Positions 47,397 to 56,827 are shown, numbered from the stretch's first letter. The stretch: DNA of 64,000 nucleotides from Geothrix sp. (GCA_030824075.1 JAVBYJ010000024.1:8685-72684), one strand, 5' to 3'. Translations and numbers: made by a program. Notes: generated from the sequence alone by a model not told the origin.

Positions 47397-48649
47397 GGGT
47401 TCACCTTTCCGAGCATGCGATCGAGGGCGATGCGGGTTCTGCGGGCGGCGTGGGCCTGGTCCAGGGCCGCCAATTCGGCTTCGAGGAGGTTTCGGGCGCC
47501 ATCCAGGCGGCCCAACAGATCGACTTCCCCTGCGGCAAAGGCCGCATCCAGGGCTATCTCTACCCGGTCAGAACCGGCAAGGGCTTCCGTGGCCATGCGC
47601 TCGGCGGAGGCCCGAAGATCTACGGTTGACTGCCAGAGGGCACACAGTTCGGCCCCATCCTGTTCCCGCTGCAAGCGGGCCTGGGCAGAGGCCGCACGGG
47701 CTTCGGCCTCGCCCTTCACGCGGGCAGCCTTCACCCGTCCTGGTGCCGGGAACGTGAACCCCATGGAGAAGACGTTTCCGCTCCCGGACAATCCGGCTTC
47801 CTGCCACCGCTTCACCCCCAGGCCGAGTTGAAGCTCGGGCAACCACCGGCGTGCGGCCTTGGCATCGGCCTGGGCCGCCGCCTCCTGGGCCTGGGCCATG
47901 CGGGTGGCGGGGGCGTTGGGTTGTTCGGCCACATAGGATTCCAGGGTTGCAAGCGGCTCGGGTAGCAGGTTGCCTTGTGGCGTACCGGGACCACCGCCCA
48001 AAATGGAGGCCAGGCGGGCCTCGGCCTGGAGTCGCCGGGCGCGCTCCACCACTTCCCGCCCCCGCAGCAGTTCCACTTCGCGGCGGACACGTCCGCGATC
48101 AAGGCCCGACATCTCACCGGCCTGATGCAAGCGGTCCACCCGCTCCTGGAAGCGGCCCACCCGGGAGATGGAGCCCTCCAGGCGAGTGAGGCGCTCCCGG
48201 GCGACAAGCACCTCGTAGAACGCTTCGCGGACCTGGGCGACCACGCCAGCCACCCGCTGTTCGCTCTCGGCCTTGCCACCCTCCTCCCGCCGGAGCGCCG
48301 CATCCCGCCGAGCCCATCGGCGGCCCGAGATGTCGAAGCTCTGGCTGAGCATGAACGTGTCCTCCCGATTGTCGGGCTGGATCCCATTGAATCGTTCCCG
48401 GCTCCACGCCACGCCGGGCGAGAGCCAGTTCCGCGCCTCAAGGGCTGCACCTTCCGTCTGCTTGGCGGGGAGCTGGGTCAGGGCCTGCCATTCGGGCCGG
48501 GCCAAGGCACGGGCCACGGCCTGCGATTCAGTCAGGGCCTGACCGGCCTCCTGGGCACCCAAAGGACAGAACACCACAGGCAGGACAAAAAACCGATTCA
48601 AGATCGGACTTTTGAACAGGTTTCGAGACAAAAACAGCATAGACACCAC
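47393..48649 (-). CDS. outer membrane efflux protein (TolC/CzcC family)
   Basis: 418 aa, two OEP repeats rich in coiled-coil Ala/Arg/Glu. Overlaps the adaptor start by 4 nt. Confidence 0.75.
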   Translation of the reverse strand: MVSMLFLSRNLFKSPILNRFFVLPVVFCPLGAQEAGQALTESQAVARALARPEWQALTQLPAKQTEGAALEARNWLSPGVAWSRERFNGIQPDNREDTFMLSQSFDISGRRWARRDAALRREEGGKAESEQRVAGVVAQVREAFYEVLVARERLTRLEGSISRVGRFQERVDRLHQAGEMSGLDRGRVRREVELLRGREVVERARRLQAEARLASILGGGPGTPQGNLLPEPLATLESYVAEQPNAPATRMAQAQEAAAQADAKAARRWLPELQLGLGVKRWQEAGLSGSGNVFSMGFTFPAPGRVKAARVKGEAEARAASAQARLQREQDGAELCALWQSTVDLRASAERMATEALAGSDRVEIALDAAFAAGEVDLLGRLDGARNLLEAELAALDQAHAARRTRIALDRMLGKVNP

Positions 48650-48678
48650 CGGATCAGATCAATAGGGAAGAGGACGCG

Positions 48679-49635
48679 TCATGGGTTGAGGAGCCCGAGC
48701 AGGGTCTCTGCCGCGTGGTGGACGGGATCTGCCAGCAAGAGCAGAAGGGGGCTGAACCAGATCAGCCGCGTCCAGGTTGGGCTGGGTGGGTAGGGGTCTC
48801 CAAGCAAGGCACGGACCCGAAGATGAAGCTGGGAGCCTGCGGCCCCCGGCTGGCCAGCCGGAGTCACCATTCCAAGTCGCTGCACCCGGAGCAGCACTTC
48901 GGCCATCCGCTCGGGGCACCCCGCCTGCGGCAGCGCGGCCCGGTCGCAGGCTTCCTCACAGGCCAGGGAAAGATCGTCCAGCAGCATCCTCCGCATCCGT
49001 CGCGGTACTGCCATCAGCATCGCCTCGGCGATCACGAGCCGCAGGGCATCCCGACGCCGGGCGTGGGCGGTCTCATGGGCCAGCAGCACCTTGAGATCCG
49101 CGGCATCCAGGGAGGCCATCACCATCGAGGACAGGAGGGTGCGTGGCCGCAGCAGGCCCGCGGAAAAAGCCAGGGCCTTGCCGCTGGGCAGCAGGTGGAA
49201 GTCTCCAGCCTTCTTCGCAAGGCGAAGCAGCGTCCGGACCTGGCGCTGACCCTCCATGAGACGCCGCAGGAACCGGAGCCAGAAAGTGCCGCCCGCAGCC
49301 CCAAGGACCGCCAGGATCATCCACGCCTGCCCCGAGGGGGCCCACAGCCCATGCCTGAGGCAGAGGTGGGGATGGTGGTCATGGGGCAGGCAATGATCCT
49401 GGATCAGCCCAGGGATGGTGATGAACGAGGGAAGGAAGGTGAGGAACAGAATCCCGAAGGCCAGGAGCCAGGGCAGGCCTGCCAGAAGGCTCAGCACGTG
49501 GGCACGGGTTTCGGGGGCCAGGCGCCCGATGGCCCCTCGAATGCGAGGATAGGTGATCCCGAGTCCCTGACTGCCCACGGCCACCAGCCCCCCCGCCAGG
49601 AGGGCCGTGACAACGAGAAGGCCGGGTGCGTGCAT
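48679..49635 (-). CDS. M56-family (BlaR1/MecR1-like) membrane metalloprotease/antirepressor, without penicillin-binding sensor domain
   Basis: 4 TM segments and an HExxH plus RRD gluzincin motif (LLAHETAHARRRD). Loop rich in His/Cys: DHCLPHDHHPHLCLRHG. Confidence 0.7.
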   Translation of the reverse strand: MHAPGLLVVTALLAGGLVAVGSQGLGITYPRIRGAIGRLAPETRAHVLSLLAGLPWLLAFGILFLTFLPSFITIPGLIQDHCLPHDHHPHLCLRHGLWAPSGQAWMILAVLGAAGGTFWLRFLRRLMEGQRQVRTLLRLAKKAGDFHLLPSGKALAFSAGLLRPRTLLSSMVMASLDAADLKVLLAHETAHARRRDALRLVIAEAMLMAVPRRMRRMLLDDLSLACEEACDRAALPQAGCPERMAEVLLRVQRLGMVTPAGQPGAAGSQLHLRVRALLGDPYPPSPTWTRLIWFSPLLLLLADPVHHAAETLLGLLNP

Positions 49636-50036
49636 CAGGGCACCCTTCGTCCGGCGCGGCGGGTCCTGAGGAGCTGCTCCAGCTCATCCAATACGGCCGG
49701 GTCCTGCTCCATGGCCAGATCCACGAAAGCCGCCAGCATGGGCAGGGGTTCCGATCCCTTCACGCGCTGAAGGGTCTCGTCGATCAGCCGGGCGGCAAGT
49801 TCCTCCCTGTTCAGGTGAGGCGTGTAGATGTAGGCGTGGCTCTGCTTTTCGCGGTCGAGCAGGCCCTTCCGGAACAACCGCTCGAGCGCCGACTGGACGG
49901 TGTTCGGATGGTTATCCCGGCCCTTGCTCTGCGCGGCATGCACCGCCCGCACATCCCCTGAACCCAGCCGCCAGAGCTGTTCCAGGACCTCCATTTCGAG
50001 GTCGCCGAGGGTGAGGGGCGGACGGGGGGGTGTCAC
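49635..50036 (-). CDS. BlaI/MecI/CopY-family transcriptional repressor
   Basis: Winged helix (LEMEVLEQLW...NTVQSALERLFRKGLLDREK...YIYTP) and a C-terminal dimerisation helix. 1-nt overlap with the M56 gene. Confidence 0.75.
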   Translation of the reverse strand: MTPPRPPLTLGDLEMEVLEQLWRLGSGDVRAVHAAQSKGRDNHPNTVQSALERLFRKGLLDREKQSHAYIYTPHLNREELAARLIDETLQRVKGSEPLPMLAAFVDLAMEQDPAVLDELEQLLRTRRAGRRVP

Positions 50037-50063
50037 AAAAAGCTCATGATTGAGTAGCCTAAT

Positions 50064-50093
50064 CTAAAAACCGATTGGATATCGGCTTTTTAG
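50064..50093. promoter_or_regulatory. ~30-bp palindrome, candidate operator of the BlaI-like repressor
   Basis: ctaaaaaccgat-tggat-atcggctttttag lies 28-57 bp upstream of the repressor start. Confidence 0.35.
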
Positions 50094-50207
50094 ACTTTCA
50101 CCCACCCAGCCGCTGAGTTGGAGCCCATTCGTTTGGCGGCCCACAGGCGGACCGAACGCCCTCAGGTGGTCTCCTCTCCAACCGTCACGGGAGAACACCA
50201 CCAAGAA

Positions 50208-50230
50208 GAAGCGGCGCCGGAGCGCCGCTT
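50208..50230 (-). terminator. GC-rich hairpin (agcggcgc-cgga-gcgccgct) after the lipoprotein gene, followed by a T-rich stretch on the minus strand
   Basis: Perfect 8-bp stem. The minus-strand transcript continues cttcttggtgg. Confidence 0.3.
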
Positions 50231-50252
50231 CCCTCGTCGATCCTGGAAAGAC

Positions 50253-51917
50253 TCAGAAGCCCGTGAACACCACCACGGCGTAGGCCGAGTAGCTGCCGTC
50301 GGGCTTGGGCACCACGGCCACCCGAGTCCGCGCGGGGGCGACGAGCTTGGTCGCCCAGGCGCTCACGTCGATGGGCGCCACGGTCACCAACCCGGACTGA
50401 TTCGTCACTTCCAGCACCGCGGGCTGCATTCCCACCGTGGTGTTCAGATTCACCGTGATGGTCTGACTGGTGGCAGCGGAATTGATGAAGGTGAAGCCGA
50501 GCTGGCCACCGTTGTAGGAACTGCTGATGGCACCCTGAGGCAGGGCCACGGGCAGGAAGATGGCGGTGCCGGCATCCCAGCCGCTGATGCCGCCATTCCA
50601 CACCAGGTCACTGACACCCTGCACCCGCACATCGCCCGAACCAACGCAGGCCGCAGCGAAGTCACCGCTGTTGGTGGACGTCAGGCCCGGGAAGCCGAGA
50701 TACCACCAGGTGAAGGTGTTGGCATAGGCGTGGGTGCGGTCGGCGGCCAGCATGTGCTGATAGGTGAACGCGCTGGCCGTGGCCGTCTTGATCACGCCAC
50801 CATCCACCGCCCGCTGGATGTTCACGGATTGGGCGTGCATGGGCACCTGGAGCGGATCCTTCACCTCGACCTGCACCTTGAATCCAGCCCAGACATTCGC
50901 CAGGACCGCCTGGCCGGTGCCAAGGGTCTGGCTCGCACGGAAGGTGAAGGCGGTATCCGGATCAATGGTGATGATCCGCGGCACGCCCGCGTTGGTGCTG
51001 ACCAGCAAGCGATTGTTGGCCTGATCCACGCCCACGACGTGGCCTTCAGGGGTCCAGCCCGGCAGCGCGTTTGCGCCGTACCACACCCGTACGGCCCAGA
51101 GGGTTCCGTCCGCCTGCATCCGCAGCGACACCAGGGCGTTCTTGCCTGCGGCCAGGCCCGCGAAGCTGCCCGGGGTCTTGGCATCGGCGTCGAAGAACCA
51201 GGCGCCAGCACTCACGTTCACGGTGAGTGAGTTCCCGCTGTCCGTGCGCAGCACGAAGGTGGAGGTGCCCAGGGAGGTGATGGTGCCGCGGCGGTGGCGG
51301 AACATCAGCTGACTCATGGTCATCATGCCATTCGCGTTGGGGCGGTGTTTCACCTGCAGGTTCATCACCCAGTCACCATTGGGCAACTGGACAAGGAAGA
51401 GGGGATGGCCCAGGTCGAAATCGATCTGCACGGCGTTGCTGCCCGTGGCCGTCACCACCAAATCAGTGCTGAGGCCCACCAGGACGCTGGCCCCTGCCAC
51501 ATGCACCTGACTGCTGGGCACAGTGGTGCCATCCGCCATCACCAGCGTCACGCTGGTGGGGTCGATGGTGACGCGCAGGGCGTCATAGGTGCCCACCGGG
51601 ATCTGAGCCGTGGCGAGCAGCTCGCCCACGCTATCGAGATCCACGAGGTTGATCTTGGCCGTGGCGCCCTCGAAGGCCACCACCTCCTTGGTATGGTCGG
51701 TCTTGTTGAGCAGGGTCACCTTGGTGACCACCACCTCAATGGCGGACCACTGATCTGAAGGGGCGTCCGTCAGGATGATCGAGGTCGCGCCGGTGGCCAC
51801 GGGCGTGGGCGTGACCGAAGTGGAACTGCTGCCTCCGCAGGCCACAGACAGGGCCAGCGTGGTCAGGGCGGGGATCGCCAGCAGGGAAAGGGTGCGAAGC
51901 GAAGGGCGCATGGGCAT
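50253..51917 (-). CDS. secreted lipoprotein, DUF4382-like N-terminal domain
   Basis: Lipobox LALSVAC followed by a Thr/Ser/Val-rich beta-strand protein. Start at MPMRPSL. Confidence 0.5.
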   Translation of the reverse strand: MPMRPSLRTLSLLAIPALTTLALSVACGGSSSTSVTPTPVATGATSIILTDAPSDQWSAIEVVVTKVTLLNKTDHTKEVVAFEGATAKINLVDLDSVGELLATAQIPVGTYDALRVTIDPTSVTLVMADGTTVPSSQVHVAGASVLVGLSTDLVVTATGSNAVQIDFDLGHPLFLVQLPNGDWVMNLQVKHRPNANGMMTMSQLMFRHRRGTITSLGTSTFVLRTDSGNSLTVNVSAGAWFFDADAKTPGSFAGLAAGKNALVSLRMQADGTLWAVRVWYGANALPGWTPEGHVVGVDQANNRLLVSTNAGVPRIITIDPDTAFTFRASQTLGTGQAVLANVWAGFKVQVEVKDPLQVPMHAQSVNIQRAVDGGVIKTATASAFTYQHMLAADRTHAYANTFTWWYLGFPGLTSTNSGDFAAACVGSGDVRVQGVSDLVWNGGISGWDAGTAIFLPVALPQGAISSSYNGGQLGFTFINSAATSQTITVNLNTTVGMQPAVLEVTNQSGLVTVAPIDVSAWATKLVAPARTRVAVVPKPDGSYSAYAVVVFTGF

Positions 51918-52051
51918 CTCCAGGGCTCGGAGGTGGGCCTCCGGATAGGGGGGTGGGGAATCAGACACTGCCACTGACCCGATCAGGTGGAAAAGGGTTG
52001 ATGGGTGAATTCCAGCGGCGGAACTGACCCTCGTCTTGCGACACTTCTTCC

Positions 52052-52669
52052 ATGGCCACCACCCTGCGGGACCTCCTCATCCAGCGCGCGGCGCGGCTGC
52101 AGGACCGGCCCGCCCTGACGGCTCCGGCGTGGGGCACGCTGAGCTACGCCCAACTCCGCAACCGGGTCGAGGGCGTCGCCCTGGGTCTGCTGGCCGAGGA
52201 TCCGAACGCGGCGGTCTTCAGTGCCTCGGGATCGGCCTGGGACTGGGCCGCCGAATTGGCCGCGGCCGCCTCGGGATTGATGTGGGATCCCACCGGACTG
52301 ACCGTGCCACCGGAGGTACTCGGCGGTCCACGCTTCAATGCCGAGGCCGGCCGGGGGCCCTACCACACCCGGGAGCAGGTGGTGCTGGCCGCCACTGCTT
52401 TTGCCCCCGGCCTGGATCACGGCGAGGTCATGGTTCGCCTCCGCCGGCTCAATGTCCAGCTTGGGTGGGACCACACCACCCGGGTGGCCCTGCCCCTCGC
52501 GCAGCTTGGCGACGCCCCCGTCCGCGCCGCCCTCTGGAGCGCCCTGTACGCGGGGGCCCACGCCGTACTGGAAGCCGGATCCACACCGCCGTCTGGATGG
52601 CGGGCCCGGTTCCAGACGACCCCACCCGCCTGGGATGCCGGGCCGTTCCAGGCGTTCTGGCGACTCTAG
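52052..52669 (+). CDS. 205-aa protein resembling only the N-terminal ~1/3 of AMP-dependent synthetase/ligases; possible gene remnant
   Basis: LRDLLIQRAARLQDRPALT...LSYAQLRNRVEGVALGLL resembles acyl-CoA synthetase N-termini. No AMP-binding P-loop (TSGTTGxPKG) and no downstream continuation in any frame. Confidence 0.3.
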   Translation: MATTLRDLLIQRAARLQDRPALTAPAWGTLSYAQLRNRVEGVALGLLAEDPNAAVFSASGSAWDWAAELAAAASGLMWDPTGLTVPPEVLGGPRFNAEAGRGPYHTREQVVLAATAFAPGLDHGEVMVRLRRLNVQLGWDHTTRVALPLAQLGDAPVRAALWSALYAGAHAVLEAGSTPPSGWRARFQTTPPAWDAGPFQAFWRL

Positions 52670-52765
52670 GTTCTCCGGGTCAGCGAAGCCTTTCCAGGGA
52701 AACCGGCCCTTCAATTCCCTTGCCATTGGACAATCGCTGGCTAATTCTTGACTCCGGAGGTCGCC

Positions 52766-53824
52766 ATGGTCCGTCCTGCGTCCCGGAAAGTGCTTGAATC
52801 CCCCCGTCCCGACGGCGGCCACCTGGTGAAACCGGAGCGGCTGCAGGTGGTGCTGGAGGCCATCCGCAACGCCGGGGAGCGCGGCATCACCAAGGCTGGC
52901 CTCGCCCGCCGCCTGGGTGGCGTGGCCATGCGCACGGTGGACCGGGCCGTGCAGCTGCTGGAGGACCAGGGTGCCCGCTTCGGCAAGGCCCGCGAAGGGC
53001 GGCCCGCCATCATCCACTTCACCCTGGAGAAGGCGCCCGATTGGGACAGCCGCATCACACCCCACGCCCGCATGGCGCTGGAAGTGGCCCTCATGGCCCT
53101 CGAGGGCACCGCGACGGAGCTCTGGTTCGATCAGCTGGAGGGCCTGCGCACCCTGGCGGACAGCCACCTCAGCACCCGCGACCGGGACCTGTTCCGCGCC
53201 CTGCAGGAGCATGTCTGCGTGCGCGGCGCCGCCGACGATCAGCAGGCCCTGGACACGAAGATGCTCACCCAGGTGCTGCTGGCCCTGGGGCACCCCGAGG
53301 GTCCACGCGACCTGGAGCTGACCTACGCGGCCGCTTCGACCGGCCGCACCAGCGCCCGCACCGTGGTGCCCTTCACGCTCACCCACGATGTCTTTTCTGG
53401 CGGTGCTTTCCTGCTCGCCTGGGACCCCGCCAAGCAGGAGCCCCGGCACTTCCGCCTGGCCCGCATCGAGGAGGCGAAGGCACTGCCCAAGCGCGGCCTC
53501 ATCCCCAACAAGCACCCTCTGGAACAGGCCCGGGAACTGCAGATTGGCGGCTGGTACAGCCTCGCCGCTCCCTTCACGGTCCAGGTTCGCGTCAGCGGCA
53601 CCAACTGGCCCCAGGCCCTGTTGGATGCTCCCCCTGCCCTGCCCGGCGTGGTCGTCCGCAAGGAAAAGGGCGGCACCGTGCGGCTGAGCTTCCAGGCCAC
53701 CGAATTGTCCGGCCCCACTCGGTTCGTGCTGCAGTTCGGCGCGGATGCCGAGGTCGTCGAACCGAAGGCACTCAGAGACCACCTCGCCAAGACCTTGAAG
53801 GCCATGGTTGGAAGGTACCGTTAG
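52766..53824 (+). CDS. WYL-domain transcriptional regulator (HTH-WYL-WCX architecture)
   Basis: N-terminal wHTH (ITKAGLARRLGGVAMRTVDRAVQLLEDQG), central WYL-like domain (VVPFTLTHDVFSGGAFLLAWDPAKQEPRHFRLARI) and a C-terminal extension. Confidence 0.7.
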   Translation: MVRPASRKVLESPRPDGGHLVKPERLQVVLEAIRNAGERGITKAGLARRLGGVAMRTVDRAVQLLEDQGARFGKAREGRPAIIHFTLEKAPDWDSRITPHARMALEVALMALEGTATELWFDQLEGLRTLADSHLSTRDRDLFRALQEHVCVRGAADDQQALDTKMLTQVLLALGHPEGPRDLELTYAAASTGRTSARTVVPFTLTHDVFSGGAFLLAWDPAKQEPRHFRLARIEEAKALPKRGLIPNKHPLEQARELQIGGWYSLAAPFTVQVRVSGTNWPQALLDAPPALPGVVVRKEKGGTVRLSFQATELSGPTRFVLQFGADAEVVEPKALRDHLAKTLKAMVGRYR

Positions 53825-54411
53825 GCCTGCGATCCCTTCCGGGTGTTGCTTTCGATGGCGCAGAGCAGGCCGAGCAGTTCGGAGGCCAGGTAGCCGGCCA
53901 GCAGGCCGAGGGCGGCGCAGCCCAGGCCGCAAAGCAGCAGGATGAGCCCCGTGTGGAAGGGATCGCCGCCGAATCCGGGAAGCAGCTGGCGCAGTTCGGG
54001 CGCGTCCATGCGGGCCTCGCCGGCGCTGATCCAGATCATGAGGGCGCCCCCCGTGCCCAGCACAGCCATCAGGCTGGCGTAGATCTCGCCGCCCAGACGC
54101 AGGAGCAGCCGGGCCAGGGGAATGATGACCTCACCCGCGGTCTGCGGCATGGCGGCCACATCCTGGGCCCGCAGCCAGCCCAGGTGGGCCACCAGGTAGG
54201 TGGCCAGGATCAGGGCCGCCTGGAAGACAATCTGCCCGAACACCGCCTGGCTGCTGGGATTGCCGGCCCGCCACATCTCGATGGAGATCCAGAGGCCCAG
54301 CACCATCGCGGCGATGGCTCCGAACCTCAGCAGCCAGCTGAAGATCAGCTTGAAGAGGCGACCCTCCGAGATGAGGCGGAGCAAGGTCGGGGCGATGACG
54401 AACGTCGGCAT
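53821..54411 (-). CDS. hypothetical 4-5 TM membrane protein
   Basis: 196 aa, hydrophobic helices, GC-rich codon third positions. Convergent with the WYL gene, overlapping it by 4 nt. Confidence 0.45.
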   Translation of the reverse strand: MPTFVIAPTLLRLISEGRLFKLIFSWLLRFGAIAAMVLGLWISIEMWRAGNPSSQAVFGQIVFQAALILATYLVAHLGWLRAQDVAAMPQTAGEVIIPLARLLLRLGGEIYASLMAVLGTGGALMIWISAGEARMDAPELRQLLPGFGGDPFHTGLILLLCGLGCAALGLLAGYLASELLGLLCAIESNTRKGSQA

Positions 54412-54497
54412 GAAGCCTCCGGATGGCTGGGGGATGAGACCTCCAGCCTCGGAAGGTCCTCGTCATTCGTCAAGCGGTTCCAGAAAAGCGTCGGGGC

Positions 54498-55076
54498 TCA
54501 GCCTTGCCGCTCTTTGTAGACCAGGTCCACGGCCATGGCCAACCCGAGCACCAGCTTGAAGTGCTGAGGGTGGTTGGATTCGACCAGATACTGATCGGCA
54601 TTGGTGAACAGTTCCTTGGCCAGGCCTGCCCACTTCTTGGTGACCCTGCCAATGACTTCGCCGCGGAGGCTGGCGGTGTAGTCCCAGCCCTTCCAGTCGC
54701 CCGTGAGTTCCCCGATGGGCTGTTGCTGGCCATCCTGGATGACAAAGGATCCGCCCAGGGTGAAGACCTTGGAGATGACCTGAGCCAGCAGCTGGCCTTG
54801 GGTGTCCCGAATCTCCAGGCGCGTGCGGAAGAGCCCCGGTCGCTTGTGGATGCTCAACTGTGGCTGCGGGTGGTGGTTGGCATAGCAGTTCAGCGTGGTC
54901 GGCAACAGGGTCTTGCGCACGAGCAGACGGGCCCACTTGGCCCAGGGGGCGGGTTCATCCTTCGCCTGGCCCACCGGACTCAGGCTTTCCGCCTCCAGCA
55001 GATCGTAGGTATCTCTCAGCTTCAGGAGGGCCACCTGTTCCTTGACGAACAAGCGCGTACGGTTTTCAAACATAAG
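54498..55076 (-). CDS. scramblase / LURP-one-related (tubby-like fold) family protein
   Basis: Start at MFENRTRLF. Core FTLGGSFVIQDGQQQPIGELTGDWKGWDY...ADQYLVE and a C-terminal hydrophobic helix resemble PLSCR/LOR proteins. Confidence 0.45.
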   Translation of the reverse strand, partial: LMFENRTRLFVKEQVALLKLRDTYDLLEAESLSPVGQAKDEPAPWAKWARLLVRKTLLPTTLNCYANHHPQPQLSIHKRPGLFRTRLEIRDTQGQLLAQVISKVFTLGGSFVIQDGQQQPIGELTGDWKGWDYTASLRGEVIGRVTKKWAGLAKELFTNADQYLVESNHPQHFKLVLGLAMAVDLVYKERQG

Positions 55077-55190
55077 AGGCTCCAGGGGAAACAGACCGTC
55101 CAACGGATCTTTCTTTATGCCCAGCTTGGACGCGATTGTCACCTGCCCAATGGCCAGCCTCTTCGCCCTGCCGCCACCGGGTGCGGACAA

Positions 55191-55229
55191 GGCAAAGGGG
55201 GGAGCGGTCGACCCACTCCCCCCTTTGCC
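55191..55229 (-). terminator. perfect 14-bp-stem hairpin immediately after nrfA stop
   Basis: ggcaaaggggggag-cggtcgaccca-ctcccccctttgcc. The minus-strand transcript continues ttgtcc. Confidence 0.45.
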
Positions 55230-55245
55230 TCCCGAAAACGTGGAT

Positions 55246-56736
55246 CTACTTCTTTGCCACCTTGGCGACACCCAGATCCCGCAGCGCGACCTGGCCCTGG
55301 CGGCCAAAGTCGATGGCTTCGCCGAGGATGCGGGCGGCTTCCTGGGGGGCGTGGAAGCCCATGGAGTTCTCCGCATTGACGAAGTCCACGCGCCACTGGG
55401 CCTTCCGCTGGAGTTCGAGGATGGGCTTGAGCCTGGCCTCATCCATGCCGGCCTTCTTGGCGGCTTCGATGTCGGTGATGAGGTTCACCACGGCATCCTC
55501 GGCGCGGTCCATCAGGGCCTTGGTGCGATCCTGAATGGCCGTGACGCGGGCCTTCAATTCTTCTTCGGGGAAGCGGTGGCAGGTCTGGCAGGCGCGGGTG
55601 ACATCCAGCAGGGGGCTGCGCACCTGGTGATCGCTGATCTTGATGGCGCCTTCGCGCTTGTAGGGCATGTGGCAGTCGGCGCAGGAGACGCCGGACCGGG
55701 CATGGATCCCCTGGCTCCACATCTCGAACTCGGGGTGCTGGGCCTTGAGGGCCTCGGCTCCGGTCCTGGCGTGTTTCCAATCAAAGAAGCGGCTGCCATC
55801 GGGGAAGGTGTAGGCGTCGTAGGTGGCTTCGATCTGCTCGACCTTCAGGCCGTTGTTCCAGGGGAAGAACAGCGTGGTCTTGGGGCCGCAGTAGTACTCC
55901 ACGTGGCACTGGCCACAGACCATGGAGCGCATCTCCTGGCGGGAGGCGTCGCGGTTGGCGTCGTAGGCCAGGGACCGGTCGCCCTTGCGCCACTTCTCGA
56001 TGGAGGGCAGGTGCGGCACGGCGTCCGTGCTCTTGGCCAGGGCCTCGATGCCCCGGATGAACCCGGGCTTGGTGACGCGCAGCGCCATGCTCTTGGGATC
56101 GTGGCAGTCGATGCAGGCCACCGGATGCTTCACGAGCTTGACGGCCTCGCTGTAGGGCATCTTGCAAATGGCTTCGAACCCGGCCATGAGCTGGGATTGG
56201 GCGTTGGGGCTGGTGAACGGCTCTTCGAGGGTTCCCGGAGCGCCGCCTTTCAGGCCCACTTCGCGGAAGGCCACGGTATTGGAGGCATGGCAGTGGAGGC
56301 AGGCGCCGGGCTGTTTGCGCTCGGTGACGCGCTTGGTGACACGCTGATCGTCCAACATGTAGGCGTGGCCCTGACGCTGGTTGAAGTCGATGGCGAAGGC
56401 ATAGCCATCGAAGATGCTCACCAGCCGGGGATCCTCCTTGAGACGGCTCTTGGGCATCCCCTCGCTGCCTGCGCCACCGTACTTGGTGCTGTACTTCTCA
56501 GCGGTGCGCAGGTAGGCGTCGTACTGCCGCGGGAAGTTCTTCCCCCACTGCGCGGGATCGACGGTCTTTTCATCGAGGTCCACCACCTTGAAGCTGGTCT
56601 GCCGGGCCTCGGCCTTGCGGCTGGAAATGCTCGCGTAGAGCGTCATCACCAGCACGGTGGCGAGGGCGGCGCCTGCGGCCAGAAGACCCATCCGAACCAG
56701 GGGACGGGAGAAGAGCGGAGTGGGGTTGTCGGTCAT
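55246..56736 (-). CDS. nrfA: pentahaem cytochrome c nitrite reductase (ammonia-forming), all five haem motifs CxxCH
   Basis: TM/signal anchor followed by five CxxCH motifs (CLHCH, CIDCH, CGQCH, CADCH, CQTCH) and Ca-site residues; overall NrfA collinearity. Confidence 0.85.
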   Translation of the reverse strand: MTDNPTPLFSRPLVRMGLLAAGAALATVLVMTLYASISSRKAEARQTSFKVVDLDEKTVDPAQWGKNFPRQYDAYLRTAEKYSTKYGGAGSEGMPKSRLKEDPRLVSIFDGYAFAIDFNQRQGHAYMLDDQRVTKRVTERKQPGACLHCHASNTVAFREVGLKGGAPGTLEEPFTSPNAQSQLMAGFEAICKMPYSEAVKLVKHPVACIDCHDPKSMALRVTKPGFIRGIEALAKSTDAVPHLPSIEKWRKGDRSLAYDANRDASRQEMRSMVCGQCHVEYYCGPKTTLFFPWNNGLKVEQIEATYDAYTFPDGSRFFDWKHARTGAEALKAQHPEFEMWSQGIHARSGVSCADCHMPYKREGAIKISDHQVRSPLLDVTRACQTCHRFPEEELKARVTAIQDRTKALMDRAEDAVVNLITDIEAAKKAGMDEARLKPILELQRKAQWRVDFVNAENSMGFHAPQEAARILGEAIDFGRQGQVALRDLGVAKVAKK

Positions 56737-56827
56737 CGGAGGGATCCTCCCGCGTGGGTGACACGCATCATCGGTTTGGGGGTCAGGGAATGAAGGGAGT
56801 CAAGGCGGCTCATCAAAGGGAGGCCGA

